Notes: generated by a model not told the origin, from the sequence alone. 64,000 nt of DNA from Eledone cirrhosa (GCA_964016885.1 CAXHJY010001131.1:20714-84713); one strand, 5' to 3'; positions 46,706-61,861 are shown, counted from the stretch's first letter. Numbers and translations are program-made.

Positions 46706-46895
46706 TAATTGTTTCTACTTTAGGCACAAGGCCAGCAATTACTCAGTGCATTACTGGTACTTTATTTTATCGACCCCGTAAGGATGAAAGGCAAAGTCAA
46801 CCTCGGCGGGATTTGAACTCAGATCGTAAAGGGACGTAACTATGCTGGAAAGCATGGCGTCCGACCCTCTACCGATACTGCCAATCCACCGCCCT
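46706..46895 (-). mobile_element. tRNA-derived SINE (family S1), full length with TSD
   Basis: A-box TGGCAGTATCGG, B-box GAGTTCAAATCCC, core CTTTGCCTTTCATCCTTACGGGGTCGATAAAATAAAGTACCAG. TSD TGCAGAGTCATTTAAT at 46694-709 and 46896-911. Confidence 0.9.
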
Positions 46896-47259
46896 TGCAG
46901 AGTCATTTAATGAGACTCCATAACAACTCTGCCAGTTGGTCGCTATTACTGGTTTAAACTTAAATATTGTTTGCGTGTGTGTGTTAGTTTCTCGATGGAG
47001 ATTTCTGTAACTATTTCTGTGTCGGAGTGGCGTAGGAAGCTATGTAATTGCAAATAATGTGTGTACTTAAATAGTGCCCTGAATGCATATTAGGTGTGTG
47101 TGAGTGTGTTTGTTTATATGTATGAATCCATATACTTATGTGTGTGTTTGTATAAATGTTATCTTTTATATATGTATGGGAGTAAATTCATACATATACG
47201 AGTGTAGATTATATTGCAAAGCCCTTGTCAAATAGTTAAAGGTTGAATATATATTACTA

Positions 47260-47440
47260 TGAGTCCCTAAAGAAACGGGTCCTTGGAGAAACAGGTCTCT
47301 TGAGTAACGGGCCCTTGGAGAAACTGATACTTGGAGAAACAAGTCTTTGAAGAACCGAGACCCTGGAGAAACAGGCTCTTAGAAAAACGAGACCCTGGAG
47401 TAATGGGTCCTTGGAAAAACGAGTCCCTAAATAAACCTAG
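47260..47440 (+). repeat. ~16-bp degenerate tandem repeat (GGTCCTTGGAGAAAC); related block at 50851-50936
   Basis: Repeated GGAGAAAC units. Confidence 0.7.
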
Positions 47441-47711
47441 CATGTTTGAGAAAGAACATACCTTATAAAATACTTTTAAAATATTTGTTCGACGCACTAA
47501 TGATAATGGCATGACGATATTGAGTTCATAATAAACACAACAATCATCTAATTAAAAACTTGTATTAAAGTAGTAATTATTTATCCAATTTGTTTCTAAA
47601 TTAATTATTTGTTTATTAATTAACTTGTAATGAATGCATGTATTTTTAATATTAAAAAATTGATGAATATGTAAACAGACAAACAGACAAGGAAAGAAAA
47701 CTATATATTTC

Positions 47712-47856
<145 letters not shown>

Positions 47857-48309
47857 AGGCATATGTATGTTAAAACAGCGATGAAATGAAATACTTTAGA
47901 AGAGTATTCTGCAAGCTAAATAATCATACTATAGAGTCATATATACCCAATACCCATCCACATGCGCTTAGCTCTTGATAGAATCGTAGAGGCGCCGTCT
48001 CATTCATTCCGGTGCACTTTTAGGGATTTTAAACCTGGCGAAGCCTATCATTCCATTCTTCAAAACATCTAAACATAGCCGATTTCATCCCGAGAATTAT
48101 ATATATATATATATATATATAATAACTAGAAATTGATTAACATATAAATATACATGAATAATCACAGGAGATAATTTTTGCCCGCGTGTAACCACGCATA
48201 GCTAGTTTGGGTAATAATTACCTTTAAGTATGATTAACCTTCCTTGTATATATGACACTCACAATTTCGATTTAGATTAAATTCATTTAATTTATTTTAT
48301 CTTAATTTT

Positions 48310-48352
<43 letters not shown>

Positions 48353-48376
48353 GAGAGTCAGAGAGAAAGAGAGAGA

Positions 48377-48465
<89 letters not shown>

Positions 48466-48562
48466 GATGCAGCATTGTTGCAGCATGAGTAAGAAATTTA
48501 CTTCAAAATGACAAAGTCCCTGGTTCATCACAATTGACCACTACACCGGGTTTCAAATCACC

Positions 48563-48706
48563 CCCTTATATTAGCTATAAAGTTTTATCACGGTCTACTT
48601 GGGAGTGCTTTTCATCAGGCGAGTAAATAAGACTTAACTTCTCCTCTGATGAAAAGCCGGGCCAAGTAGACCATAATAAAAAAAAGATTATGGCTAATAT
48701 AGAGGC
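48563..48706. repeat. Degenerate inverted-repeat element
   Basis: TATATTAGC...GGTCTACTTGG...GCTTTTCATCAG versus CTGATGAAAAGC...CCAAGTAGACC...GCTAATATA. Confidence 0.55.
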
Positions 48707-48734
48707 ATGTTTCCCACACTTAATTTTATTTATT

Positions 48735-48808
<74 letters not shown>

Positions 48809-48942
48809 TATATACATATATATATATATACATATACACATATATATTTATATATATATATACACATATATATATATACATATATATACATATATATATA
48901 CATATATGTATATATACATATATATATACATATATATATACA

Positions 48943-49526
<584 letters not shown>

Positions 49527-49603
49527 ACGTGTGTGCGTGTCTGTGTGATTTATACGTATATCGATATAGGCAGTGAGAGAGAGACAGACAGATGGAGAGA
49601 GAT

Positions 49604-49680
<77 letters not shown>

Positions 49681-49787
49681 GGAGGAAATGTAGCGATAGT
49701 GAGATATGTAAATGTGTTAATAACTGTCAGGTAATACAGTCAAACACACAGACACAGAGACAGAGAGAGAGAGAGACAGATAGAATG

Positions 49788-49838
<51 letters not shown>

Positions 49839-49909
49839 GAGTGAGTGAGTGAGGGACTGAGAGAGATAGAGACAGAGCGATAGAGACACAGAGAGAGAAT
49901 GAGACAGTA

Positions 49910-49964
<55 letters not shown>

Positions 49965-50011
49965 GTGGAGAAATATATATATATACGTGGAGAAATATAT
50001 ATATATACGTG

Positions 50012-50095
<84 letters not shown>

Positions 50096-50104
50096 CGTGG
50101 AGAA

Positions 50105-50340
<236 letters not shown>

Positions 50341-50360
50341 GTGGAGAAATATATATATAT

Positions 50361-50416
<56 letters not shown>

Positions 50417-50436
50417 GTGGAGAAATATATATATAT

Positions 50437-50664
50437 TTGATCATGCCTTTATATTTAATTTCATTTGCACCGTTTCCTCTCACCCCCTTTTTGAATATGT
50501 CTCTCCACCACTCCCCTACACACCCTTTGAACTCTCTTCCCACACACTTTTCACCTGAAGAAGGGCTTATGCCCGAAACGTCGTTCCCCACCCCCACTCT
50601 CAAGAGCGTGAAACTAATAAACCTTTGTTCGTACTGCCTCTCTGTTTTGTTCCCGTTCAATTTT

Positions 50665-50670
<6 letters not shown>
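50437..50670 (+). mobile_element. Family H2 Penelope-like element with hammerhead-like core
   Basis: CTGAAGA(50555-61)-A-GGGC-TTAT-GCCC-GAAAC-GTC, AATAAA downstream, (TA)n flanks. Helix I is weak. Confidence 0.7.
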
Positions 50671-50702
<32 letters not shown>

Positions 50703-50936
50703 TATATTATATATATATTATATTATATTATATATATTATATTATATTATATATATATTATATTATATTATATATATATTATATTATATTATATATATAT
50801 ATATTATGTATATATATATATATTTTTATATAATATATATATATATATATTCTCTTGGAGAAAACGAATTTTTGGAGAAATGGGTCCTTAAGAAACGAGA
50901 TCCTGGATTAATGGGTCCTGGGGGAACGAGTCCCTA

Positions 50937-51826
50937 GTACTCAAGGATACAACACGCAGCCCCCTCTGGTAACCGAACTAACGATCTTACGATAACAAGC
51001 TGAATACCTTAGCCACTAAGACTGGCGACTTTATAGTGTTCTACAGAGAAGGTCGTTTGATAAACTCGAGCAACGCGAAATAAGGTGTCTTGCTGAAGGA
51101 CACAACACGCGGTCCAGTCTAGTAATCGAACTCACGGCCTTATGATCACAAGCTGAACAATTTATCCACTATGACTGGCGTCTTTACAGTGTTTTACATA
51201 GAAGGTCGTTTGATAAACTCGAGCAACGTGAAATAAGGTGTCTTGCTGAAGGACACAACACGCGGTCCAGTCTAGTAATCGAACTCACGGCCTTATGATC
51301 ACAAGCTGAACAATTTAGCCACTATGACTGGCGTCTTTACAGTGTTTTACAGAGAAGGTCGTTTGATAAACTCGAGCAACGTGAAATAAGGTGTCTTGCT
51401 GAAGGACACAACACGCGGTCCAGTCTAGTAATCGAACTCACGGCCTTATGATCACAAGCTGAACAATTTATCCACTATGACTGGCGTCTTTACAGTGTTT
51501 TACATAGAAGGTCGTTTGATAAACTCGAGCAACGTGAAATAAGGTGTCTTGCTGAAGGACACAACACGCGGTCCAGTCTAGTAATCGAACTCACGGCCTT
51601 ATGATCACAAGCTGAACAATTTAGCCACTATGACTGGCGTCTTTACAGTGTTTTACAGAGGAGGTCGTTTGATAAACTCGAGCAACGTGAAATAAGGTGT
51701 CTTGCTGAAGGACACAACACGCGGTCCAGTCTAGTAATCGAACTCACGGCCTTATGATCACAAGCTGAACAATTTAGCCACTATGACTGGCGTCTTTACA
51801 GTGTTTTACAGAGAAGGTCGTTTGAT
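50937..51826 (-). repeat. 153-bp tandem array derived from an S2 SINE head
   Basis: Unit starts at 51048, 51201, 51354, 51507, 51660 and 51813. Minus strand contains GAGTTCGATT and GTGTCCTTCAGCAAGACACC. Confidence 0.9.
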
Positions 51827-52374
51827 AGATAATATAAGTAAAGTAGGTAAGTGATACTAAAGGTGTGGCCTAGTCTAATAACAAACGTGATAATGAATGA
51901 TAAACATTGACAATGTGGTTACTTAGAGATCAGATTTGATTTGATCACATTTCAGAGCAGTTTCGTCATTTTTATTCTCACTTCGGACTCTATTAATAGT
52001 GCAGCTATAGGTGTATGGCTAATGAGTTAGTATTTTAACCACATGGTTCTGGTTCCAGTCCCACTACCCGGTGGCACCTTCGTCAAGTGTCTTCTGCTAT
52101 AACACCGGGTCGATCCAATACATTCTGGGACTTTAGTCGATTTATTGATACTTTTATCTAAGGCTAACATCATCCGTTTCGCTTCACTCGCAATAATTCA
52201 ATCATTATTGGCAAGGTTTTGGGGGACATTGTTACAGGGCTAAAAATGAGTGTGTCAGTCATGTTCTGTTATGGAAGCCTGCACACTGTCATAGAAGTAA
52301 AGGTCGTCCTGCAACAACGTAACTAGATATGCTATGGGCTGACACGAGAGGAAATTTAACGGATCTTGGAGTAA

Positions 52375-52760
52375 TAATTGTTTCTACTTTTGGCACAAGG
52401 CCAGCAATTATTCCAGTACATTACTGATACTTTATTTTATCGACCCCGTAAGGATGAAAGGCAAAGTAAACCTCGGCGGGATTTGAACTCAGGCTGTAAA
52501 GGGAGGTAACTATGCTGGAAAGCATGGTGTCCGACTCTCTACCGATACTGCCAATCCACTGGCCTACTATAATTGTTTTTACTTTAGGCACAAGGCCAGC
52601 AATTACCCAGTGCATTACTGGTACTTTATTTTATCGACCCCGTAAGGATGAAAGGCAAAGTTAACCTCGGCGGGATTTGAACTCAGATCATAAAGGGACG
52701 TAACTATGCTGGAAAGCATGGCGTCCGACCCTCTACCGATACTGCCAATCCGCTACCCTT
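52375..52760 (-). mobile_element. Tandem dimer of S1 SINE within one TSD
   Basis: Two full copies. TSD GGATCTTGGAGTAA at 52361-74 and 52761-74. Confidence 0.9.
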
Positions 52761-52853
52761 GGATCTTGGAGTAAAAATGCTAGATTGAGACAAATGAAAA
52801 GAGTACTGTTCATTGAATTGAGGAAACTTGACTCGTGAGTGAGTGACATTATC

Positions 52854-53040
52854 CGGTGAATTGGCAGTATCAGTAGAGAGTCGGACGCCATGCTTTCCAG
52901 CATAGTTACGTCCCTTTACGGTCTGAGTTCAAATCCCGCCGAGGTTAACTTTGCCTTTCAACCTTACGGGGTCGATAAAATAAAGTACCAGTAATGCACT
53001 GGATAATTGCTGGCCTTGTGCCAAAAGTAGAAATAATTAT
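52854..53040 (+). mobile_element. S1 SINE
   Basis: Full-length match to the S1 consensus. Confidence 0.88.
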
Positions 53041-53284
53041 TACAGTGAACATAGCATGGCTAAATGGTTTTAAATATTTGCTTTCCAATCATTAGGTCCT
53101 GAGTTCGATCTCACTGCGTAACATTTTGGGCAGATGTCGATCGACCCATATCCATTGTGAGTAAAACCTGGTAGACGCAAACCGTTTGGGACCCTGTCAG
53201 ATGGACTGTACTTTTAATTGAAAGGGCTGTCTTTGTCATACACACACTGTGACACGTTAAATGTCTCTGAGTATGTGTGTCTGT

Positions 53285-53320
<36 letters not shown>

Positions 53321-53727
53321 GAGAGAGAGAGAGGGAGAGAGAGAGAGAGAGAGAAAGGTGGGTGAAAGGTGCACGAAAACTTTCAAATAAAGTGTGCGCG
53401 GGGCACTAACATACTACGTGATGTAAGCCATATATAAATGAATTAAAATTTAAATTTATTTAAATTCACCCAAACGAACCTCAGTTTTTCCCGAAGACGT
53501 TGCGTCATTCCAACTTCATTGATAAAACATCTCATAGAATTTGAAATGAAGACAAATTTTACATAATGATGAGAGACGGAGAGAAAAAATACGCAAGCTA
53601 TTCAGAGATGGCCTTCATATGAAATCAATTCTTTTTGTCAACATATTATGTTTTTGAGAACCTAATCAGTATCGTTCCATATCAGACCTCTCTCTTTCTT
53701 TCACTTTCTCTCCCCTCCTCTCTCTCC

Positions 53728-53801
<74 letters not shown>

Positions 53802-54222
53802 TATATTATCTGTATATATATATATATATATATAAATTCATAGATATATATACATACACACACAAACACATATATATATATATATTCGCCGTAATCAGTG
53901 ACAAACAGATAAATCTATTAATGTCTTCATGGTAATGAATATGATTATAATGATTATAATTACGTTGTAGGATTACAACGTTTTTACGTAAACATGGGAT
54001 ATTACAACTGAGCAGAGGCAGGCAAACTAGTAGGTCGAAGCAGACACTAGAAAAATCTAACAACATATTGAACCAATATAGAATAAAGCTATAAGCAGAC
54101 TATAAGCTAGCAATCTTCCAAAACATTATTTGGCTCAAATTATACACATTTAGAAAAAAAATCTAGTAAATGTTTACAAAGACACCAACATCAAAATGAC
54201 CATCTACACCTGTCTACCAATG

Positions 54223-54305
<83 letters not shown>

Positions 54306-54470
54306 TTGTGTTTGTGTGTGTTTGTGTGTGTTTGTGTGTGTGTGTGTGTGGTTGTGTATGGGTGTGTGTTGAAAAGTAAACCGAAATAACAAAGCAAACG
54401 TCACACTAAAATGAAGAAATATACATAGACACACACACATACCTCCCCCCCCCCACACACACACACATAT

Positions 54471-54504
<34 letters not shown>

Positions 54505-54837
54505 ACTGTTGTGGGAACAAACGAAAGATATGACCAAACTACACAAATTAGAATTTTAATATTTATATTACAGCTTAACTTTGACAACTCCGCACTACCA
54601 GTGGTTGCTGAACAAAAATACGTCTAAAAAGTCACCTGATGATTTTGATATATATATATATATATCATAAACACAGAGCTGGCATATCTAAGAACTGACT
54701 AACTACCTGATGAGGTCATAGCCACTCAATGGCTATCATCTAAATATATAGCAGTAAATAAAGGATTAGGAGTTCATGCAATTGACTTATGTTTCGTCAC
54801 TATATATATATATATATATATATATAGAATATATTTG

Positions 54838-55050
54838 TGAAGGCGTGTGGCTGAGTGGTTAAGGAATTGGATTCGCAATCGTAAGGTTGTGAGTTCGATT
54901 CCTGGACCAGGTGATGCGTTATGTCCTTGAGCAAGACACTTAATTTCACGTTGCTCCTTCTACCTGGAGTTGCGACCGATAGATAGTATTAGCAAGTGGA
55001 AGGACCAACGGAAACATTGTTCCCTCGGTCCGATTTGACGAAAGTCGATC
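54838..55050 (+). mobile_element. tRNA-derived SINE family S2
   Basis: GTGGCTGAGTGGTTAAG A-box, GAGTTCGATTCC B-box, TGTCCTTGAGCAAGACACTTAATTTCACGTTGCTC body. Related copies at 16957-17045(-), 19680-19965(-), 32985-33110(+), 39320-39595(-) and 46420-46560(+). Confidence 0.8.
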
Positions 55051-55384
55051 GTTAGGAATATATATAGAATAAGAAAAAGCGAAGTAGTTTCACATGTTAA
55101 AGTCCTTTAATGATAATACTGTGATACATATTTCAATGTCGACAGTGGCCACACGGTTCGGTGCGCCCAGTGCCGTGACATCATCAGACAGCTTCTTATA
55201 TAATAAGGTTATGTTTCCGAGGCAATCCAAATTGAATCGAAATGGCAACGGACAAAGCTTGTGCTCTTGAATTCTTCGCCCGTTCCCTTGTGAGTCCCAA
55301 TTCACCCCCACCGGTCTGTGCAGGCAAGGAAGTTGACCATCAACTACCCCAAAGTTCTACGAAAACTCGCCTAGGCAGGTCCCC

Positions 55385-55418
<34 letters not shown>

Positions 55419-56029
55419 TTATGTGCATGTGTGCATGTGTGTATGTATGTGTCTATGTGTGCCTGTGCATCTGTCTCTGCGTGTGAGAGAGAGAGAGAGA
55501 AAGAGAGAGAGATTATTCGGTATCATTTTATAAACCTTTTTAAGTTCCTTTTTTTTCCTTTCATGACTTTCCTACCTTTTGTTTCTCCTTTGTTCCACAG
55601 ACAGTTTCTCACGGTGATTTCCTATTGTTTAAACTTATATTAATAACTTTTCATATCTTTCTTATATAATATATTCTTCACACGACAAACAGTGCACTTT
55701 CCAGTACACATCTCTTGTAATTGTTCTCATGCAAAATTTAAAATTTAAATTACACCATTGAAGATAATTGACGTACAGATAGCTTAGTTGTTGTTGTTTT
55801 TTCTTCCCTCTGTTTTTTTTTTTTTTGTTCCTTTATTCGTGTTGACCTCATGAACAAAATATATTGGTCAAGACAAAGAAATTCTCATGTAATTTAATCC
55901 TTTAGAAATAAGATTTCCTAAGGTAATTCTGAACAATATTTCATATGAAAACATCGAAGGAGACTTTTGCACAAAACTTATAATACCGAAGTTTCTGTAT
56001 TGAATTGTTGAGCATATTGATCAATGTCG

Positions 56030-56222
56030 ATAATTGTTTCTACTTTTGGCACAAGGCCAGCAATTACCCAGTACATTACTGGTACTTTATTTTATCGACC
56101 CCATAAGGATGAAAGGCAAAGTTAACCTCGGCGGGATTTGAACTCAGAATGGCAAGGGCCGTAACTCTATGCTGGAAAGCATGGCGTCCAACCCTCTACC
56201 GATACTGCCAATTCACCGCCCT
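56030..56222 (-). mobile_element. S1 SINE with TSD
   Basis: TSD TCAATGT(C/T)GATAAT. Confidence 0.88.
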
Positions 56223-56289
56223 CAATCAATGTTGATAATACTGGCAGATAATTGTCCCATTTTATAATACTGCCGGCGCAAAAGTTTCT

Positions 56290-56690
56290 ACCTACTTACC
56301 TATACTTACCTACGTATCTGTCTACCGATACCTATACCCAGCTTCCTATAGCTACCGATACCTATACCCAGCTTCCTATAGCTACCTACACCTATACCCA
56401 GCTTCCTATAGCTACCTATATCTACCTTCCTATAGCTACCTATATCTACCTTCCTATAGCTACCTATATCTATACCCAGCTTCCTATAGCTACCGATACC
56501 TATACCCAGCTTCCTATAGCTACCTATATCTATTTTCCTATAGTTACCTATACCCAGCTTCCTATAACTACCTATATCTATACCCAGCTTCCTATAGCTA
56601 CCTACAACTATACCCGGCTTCCTATAGCTACCTATATCTACCTTCCTACAGCTACTTATAGCTACGTGCCTATAGATACCTATACCTCAT
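56290..56690. repeat. Minisatellite (21-30 bp variants of TATACCCAGCTTCCTATAGCTACC)
   Basis: Roughly a dozen or more tandem units. The ORF 56252-56755 is a by-product. Confidence 0.9.
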
Positions 56691-57374
56691 TGCCCGGCAC
56701 ATTAGGCAAGTGTCATTTTAAAAGGTCAGCTATATCTCATATTGCGTTACACTGAATCTCCCTGAGAATGTTCAACCCTTTGAACATGAATTCCACCTGT
56801 TGCTCAAACAACTAGCGTCACACACTCGTCGTCTGAACCGACGGAGATCCCACATTCTGAGCTATATACACACGGACATACATACACAATTACACACTTA
56901 CACACACGCATATACACACAAACATATCCATATACACACACAGAGAGAGACACAAAGATACACATACAAACATATTCATATACACACATATATAGACACA
57001 AACATACACATACAAACATATTCCTATACACACACATATAGACACAAACATACACATACAAACATATTCATATACGCACACATATAGACACAAACATACA
57101 CATACAAACATATTCATGTACACACACATATAGACACAAACATACACATACAAACATATTCATATACGCACACATATAGATACAAACATACACATACAAA
57201 CATATTCATGCATACACAAACATATAGACACAAACATACACATACAAACATATTCATACATACACAAACATATTCACACACATACACGCACACAAACATA
57301 TACATACACACATATATACACACACATATTAATAGACAAGCACTCACACACGTTATTATTACGTATAGAATCTA

Positions 57375-57560
57375 GGGCGGTGGATTGGCAGAATCGGTAG
57401 AGGGTCGGACATGCTTTCCAGCATAGTTACGTCCCTTTACGATCTGAGTTCAAATCCCGCCGAGGTTGACTTTGTCTTTCATCCTTACGTGGTCGATAAA
57501 ATAAAGTACCAGTAATGCACTGTGTAATTGCTGGCCTTGTGCCAAAAATAGAAACAATTA
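57375..57560 (+). mobile_element. S1 SINE with TSD
   Basis: TSD TTATTACGTATAGAATC on both sides. Confidence 0.9.
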
Positions 57561-58007
57561 TTACGTATAGAATCAATAACTATGACTTTGTGTAAATGAA
57601 CGCCTATATAATCATTTATGAATTACTTTATTACGAATCTATTAAACATATATACTAATAATCACAAACCGTTTTGTACCTAATATTTAGCTTGAATTTA
57701 TAATTAAAATATGTATATATTTATACTTATTAAGGGTAGATTTCTAGTAATTAAATAGCGCTTCTAATACGTAGATTAATACATTCAGATTAATTAGTGG
57801 TTTCATTACAAGGTAATTAGAATTGAATATAAATTAACTATAAAATCTAAATATATATTATTAAATACAAATATATATTTGCATGTTGTTTAGTTTATAA
57901 ACATAATTTATTTATAATTAATGCATAATTTATGCATAATTTATGTGTCTATATTAGAGTATGATTATTTTAAATATTATCACCTTATCGATTTATACAG
58001 ATACGAG

Positions 58008-58066
<59 letters not shown>

Positions 58067-58448
58067 ACAAATACCGATATATGACTGTGTGTGTGTATAA
58101 ATGAATGTGATGTTGTGTTTGGTAGGAATGAGCATGTTGGAACAAATCTGTGGAGTGCTGTTGGTCAAGTGGTACATATATTTCGTCAACATAAATACTA
58201 GAAAAGTAATTACGACGCTATGCTTCACCTGAAGGGCATATATATATATATATATATATATATCATAAAACATGTCTATAGAATCACAAGATAAAATATA
58301 TACTATTTCCTCTCCCAATTAGCATAATTAACTATATAAAAAATCGAATAGACCAGGCTATACGAATGAGGCTTCTATGAAGAAATCTCCAACAAATAAC
58401 CAAAACTAGCGCTTCGCGTCGGCCGTATATATATATATATATATATAT

Positions 58449-58698
58449 AACAAAGAAAATGTGGTAAGGAACCAGATGGACCATAACGCACCAGAGTACT
58501 CAATACTTAGGGTATGATAGACTTATTTGTGTTTACAACAAATTTTAACCAATCCTCTTGACAACTAAAATCTTCCCATATAAGGAAGTACCCCATTGAC
58601 AAGTTCGGCTATTTATTCACCAGGCTAAAAATTGTAATTTAGTCCAGAAATAGCCGTCGAAACGGCTTGAGCTCTGCCGTCGGGGTCATACATTTTCC

Positions 58699-58700
<2 letters not shown>
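58449..58700. mobile_element. Family H3 element with ~125 bp foreign spacer
   Basis: Tail 58449-58514, unrelated sequence 58515-58640, inverted head 58641-58700. Confidence 0.7.
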
Positions 58701-58784
<84 letters not shown>

Positions 58785-58825
58785 CGTATATATATATATG
58801 TGTGTATACATATATATATATATAC

Positions 58826-58924
<99 letters not shown>

Positions 58925-58931
58925 TATATAC

Positions 58932-58963
<32 letters not shown>

Positions 58964-58969
58964 GTATAC

Positions 58970-59043
<74 letters not shown>

Positions 59044-59065
59044 ATACATATATATATATATATAC

Positions 59066-59144
<79 letters not shown>

Positions 59145-59326
59145 TGCTTTGCTATTCTCCGTATTATTAATCTATTCCTCCCCTTCAATATCTATATGTA
59201 TTTATGCATGTATGTATGTAGGTAGGTAGGTACGTATGTATGTATGTGTATTTATGTATATATGTATGTATATATGTATATATGTATATATCTATATATG
59301 CATATGTAAATATGTATCTCTCTCAT

Positions 59327-59385
<59 letters not shown>

Positions 59386-59545
59386 AAGACAGAGGTATCA
59401 CGTACAGGTTCTCTTCTTTCTTAAAATATTTGCACTATAATGATACTATACAGGTATTACCTTAAAGTACCCACAAAATGGAGTGCTTAAGACAGATTAC
59501 ACTATTCTCAGTTTGGTTTTGGATTTTATATATAAGTATATATAA

Positions 59546-59604
<59 letters not shown>

Positions 59605-59756
59605 AAGAAAAAGAGATGAAATCGAAAATGCAACTGAAGTCTTATATTTTTTTTAAATATATATATTTATTTGGTTCCTTTACCGGTTTCGCAGTTCTTC
59701 TGCTTTTCAAAAGGTGAGTTGAGATGGAGGGTCTGTGGTTTTTCTCACATCTCTCA

Positions 59757-59801
<45 letters not shown>

Positions 59802-59857
59802 ATGGTAATGAGTATAATCGAAGTTTATGTATATATATACCTCTATACATAAATACA

Positions 59858-59910
<53 letters not shown>

Positions 59911-59927
59911 AAAAATATATATATATA

Positions 59928-60165
59928 TAGTAAAAAAATTGAACGGCAACAAAACAGAGAGGCAGTACGAACAAAGGTTTATTAGTTTCACGCTCTTGGG
60001 AGTGGGGTGGTGGTGGGAACGACGTTTCGGGCATAAGCCCTTCTTTGGGTGAAAAGTGTGTGGAAGAGAGTTCCAAGGGTGTGTAGGGGAGTGGTGGAGA
60101 GACATATAGAAAAAAGGGGTGAGAGGAAACGGTACAAATGAAATTAAATATAAAGGCATGATCAA
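59928..60165 (-). mobile_element. Family H2 element, hammerhead core mutated
   Basis: Reverse complement of 50437-50670. Core reads CCAAAGA instead of CTGAAGA. Confidence 0.7.
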
Positions 60166-60181
60166 AAAAAAAAAAAAAATA

Positions 60182-60235
<54 letters not shown>

Positions 60236-60333
60236 TATAAATACTCGAGACCCGACTTTTCAGCTCTTGTCGTTTCAAAAGCTACTTCCATATGTCTCTC
60301 TCTCTCTCTTTCTCTATAAATATATATATAAAC

Positions 60334-60368
<35 letters not shown>

Positions 60369-60580
60369 TATCTGTATATATATGTATATATATACATATA
60401 TATATGTCCGTAACTATATATACCTATATATATATATACATATACATACACACACACACACACACACATATATATTTATTTGAAAAAAAGAAAAGAATGA
60501 CTTCACTTGTAATTCTAAATAACTTAATTTAATTTTTGTAAAATTATAAAATTTTGAAATTAAATTAAATTCTTTAGAAC

Positions 60581-60613
<33 letters not shown>

Positions 60614-61129
60614 AGGAGGTGAGTTTTATTGTAGTACAATAAAGCAATGCAGATATCGGATAAGAAGCACTCTCCTCCCCCTTTTTTTCATCCTTTCCAC
60701 ACACACACACACCCTCTCTAAATAAAATATTTTTTCCTCGCACATATCCTCCCTTCGTTAATTTTCAAATTTTTAATTTATACAGTATCTTCCAACGGTT
60801 TTCAACCTCTCTATGTAAAAAATATATCTCCTCTCAGTTATAAAAACTATCTCTTTCTCTCTATCACCCATCTCTCCCTCTCATCTCCTTCCATTTTCAT
60901 CCTCCCCCCCCCCTCTCTAAATAAAATATTTTTCCCAATATCATACATCAATCTAAAACCACTTTTCATATGTTGATTTAAAACTGCACTATCCACAAGT
61001 GTTTTTTAGCCTTCATATCATGTTCTCCTGTTTTATCTGATGAAAACACAAATATTATTGCATGATGATGTTTGTTTTTGAAATGCGCATAATAAAATAT
61101 ATGGAACTCCTTTAACCATCTTTTGATCT

Positions 61130-61183
<54 letters not shown>

Positions 61184-61186
<3 letters not shown>

Positions 61187-61470
61187 GAAGGAAATGTGGT
61201 AAGGAACCAGGTGGACCATAACGCACCAAAGTACTCAATACTTAGGGTAGTAGAGTGGGTAATAGGAACGAGTAGGACCCCGACGGCTGAGCTCAAGCTG
61301 TCGGATAGGAAAATGGCTATTTCTGGACTAGAGTCCAGAAATAGCCGTCGAAATGACTTGAGCTCTGCCGTCGGGGTCATACATTTTCCTATTACCAACT
61401 CTACTCCCCAAAGTATTGAGTACTCTGATGCGTTATGGTCCATAGGGTTCCTTACCACAACTCCTTCGTA
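61184..61470. mobile_element. Family H3 full head-to-head dimer
   Basis: Both arms carry the whole tail (AACGAAGG... / ...CCTTCGT) but belong to different subtypes. Confidence 0.85.
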
Positions 61471-61503
61471 ATACATATATATATATATATTTATATATAT
61501 ATA

Positions 61504-61575
<72 letters not shown>

Positions 61576-61776
61576 ATATATAATATATATACAACATAAA
61601 TATATAGATAGATGTAGTGATTGTGCTATCATATATTTGATGTCTTTGAGGGGATTATAATTGTTGTATATATTACATTATACATTATACTGACAATACA
61701 GTATATGTATTGTCTGTGTATCTATATATATATATATAGCCACCGTTTTGCGTATGCTCAATATATATATATATGC

Positions 61777-61859
<83 letters not shown>

Positions 61860-61861
<2 letters not shown>

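Noticed and set aside
51048-51826. CRISPR-like array
   Set aside because: Whole units are near-identical with no unique spacers, no cas genes, eukaryotic context.
54630-54800. Hammerhead fragments (CTGATGAGG with hairpin; minus-strand GACGAAACATAAGTC)
   Set aside because: Halves lie on different strands or are incomplete. Probably decayed elements, but not foldable.
54838-54910. tRNA gene
   Set aside because: A/B boxes are present but run into a SINE body and there is no acceptor stem. The same applies to S1 heads.
56252-56755. 167-aa repetitive protein ORF
   Set aside because: Minisatellite by-product with a non-ATG start.
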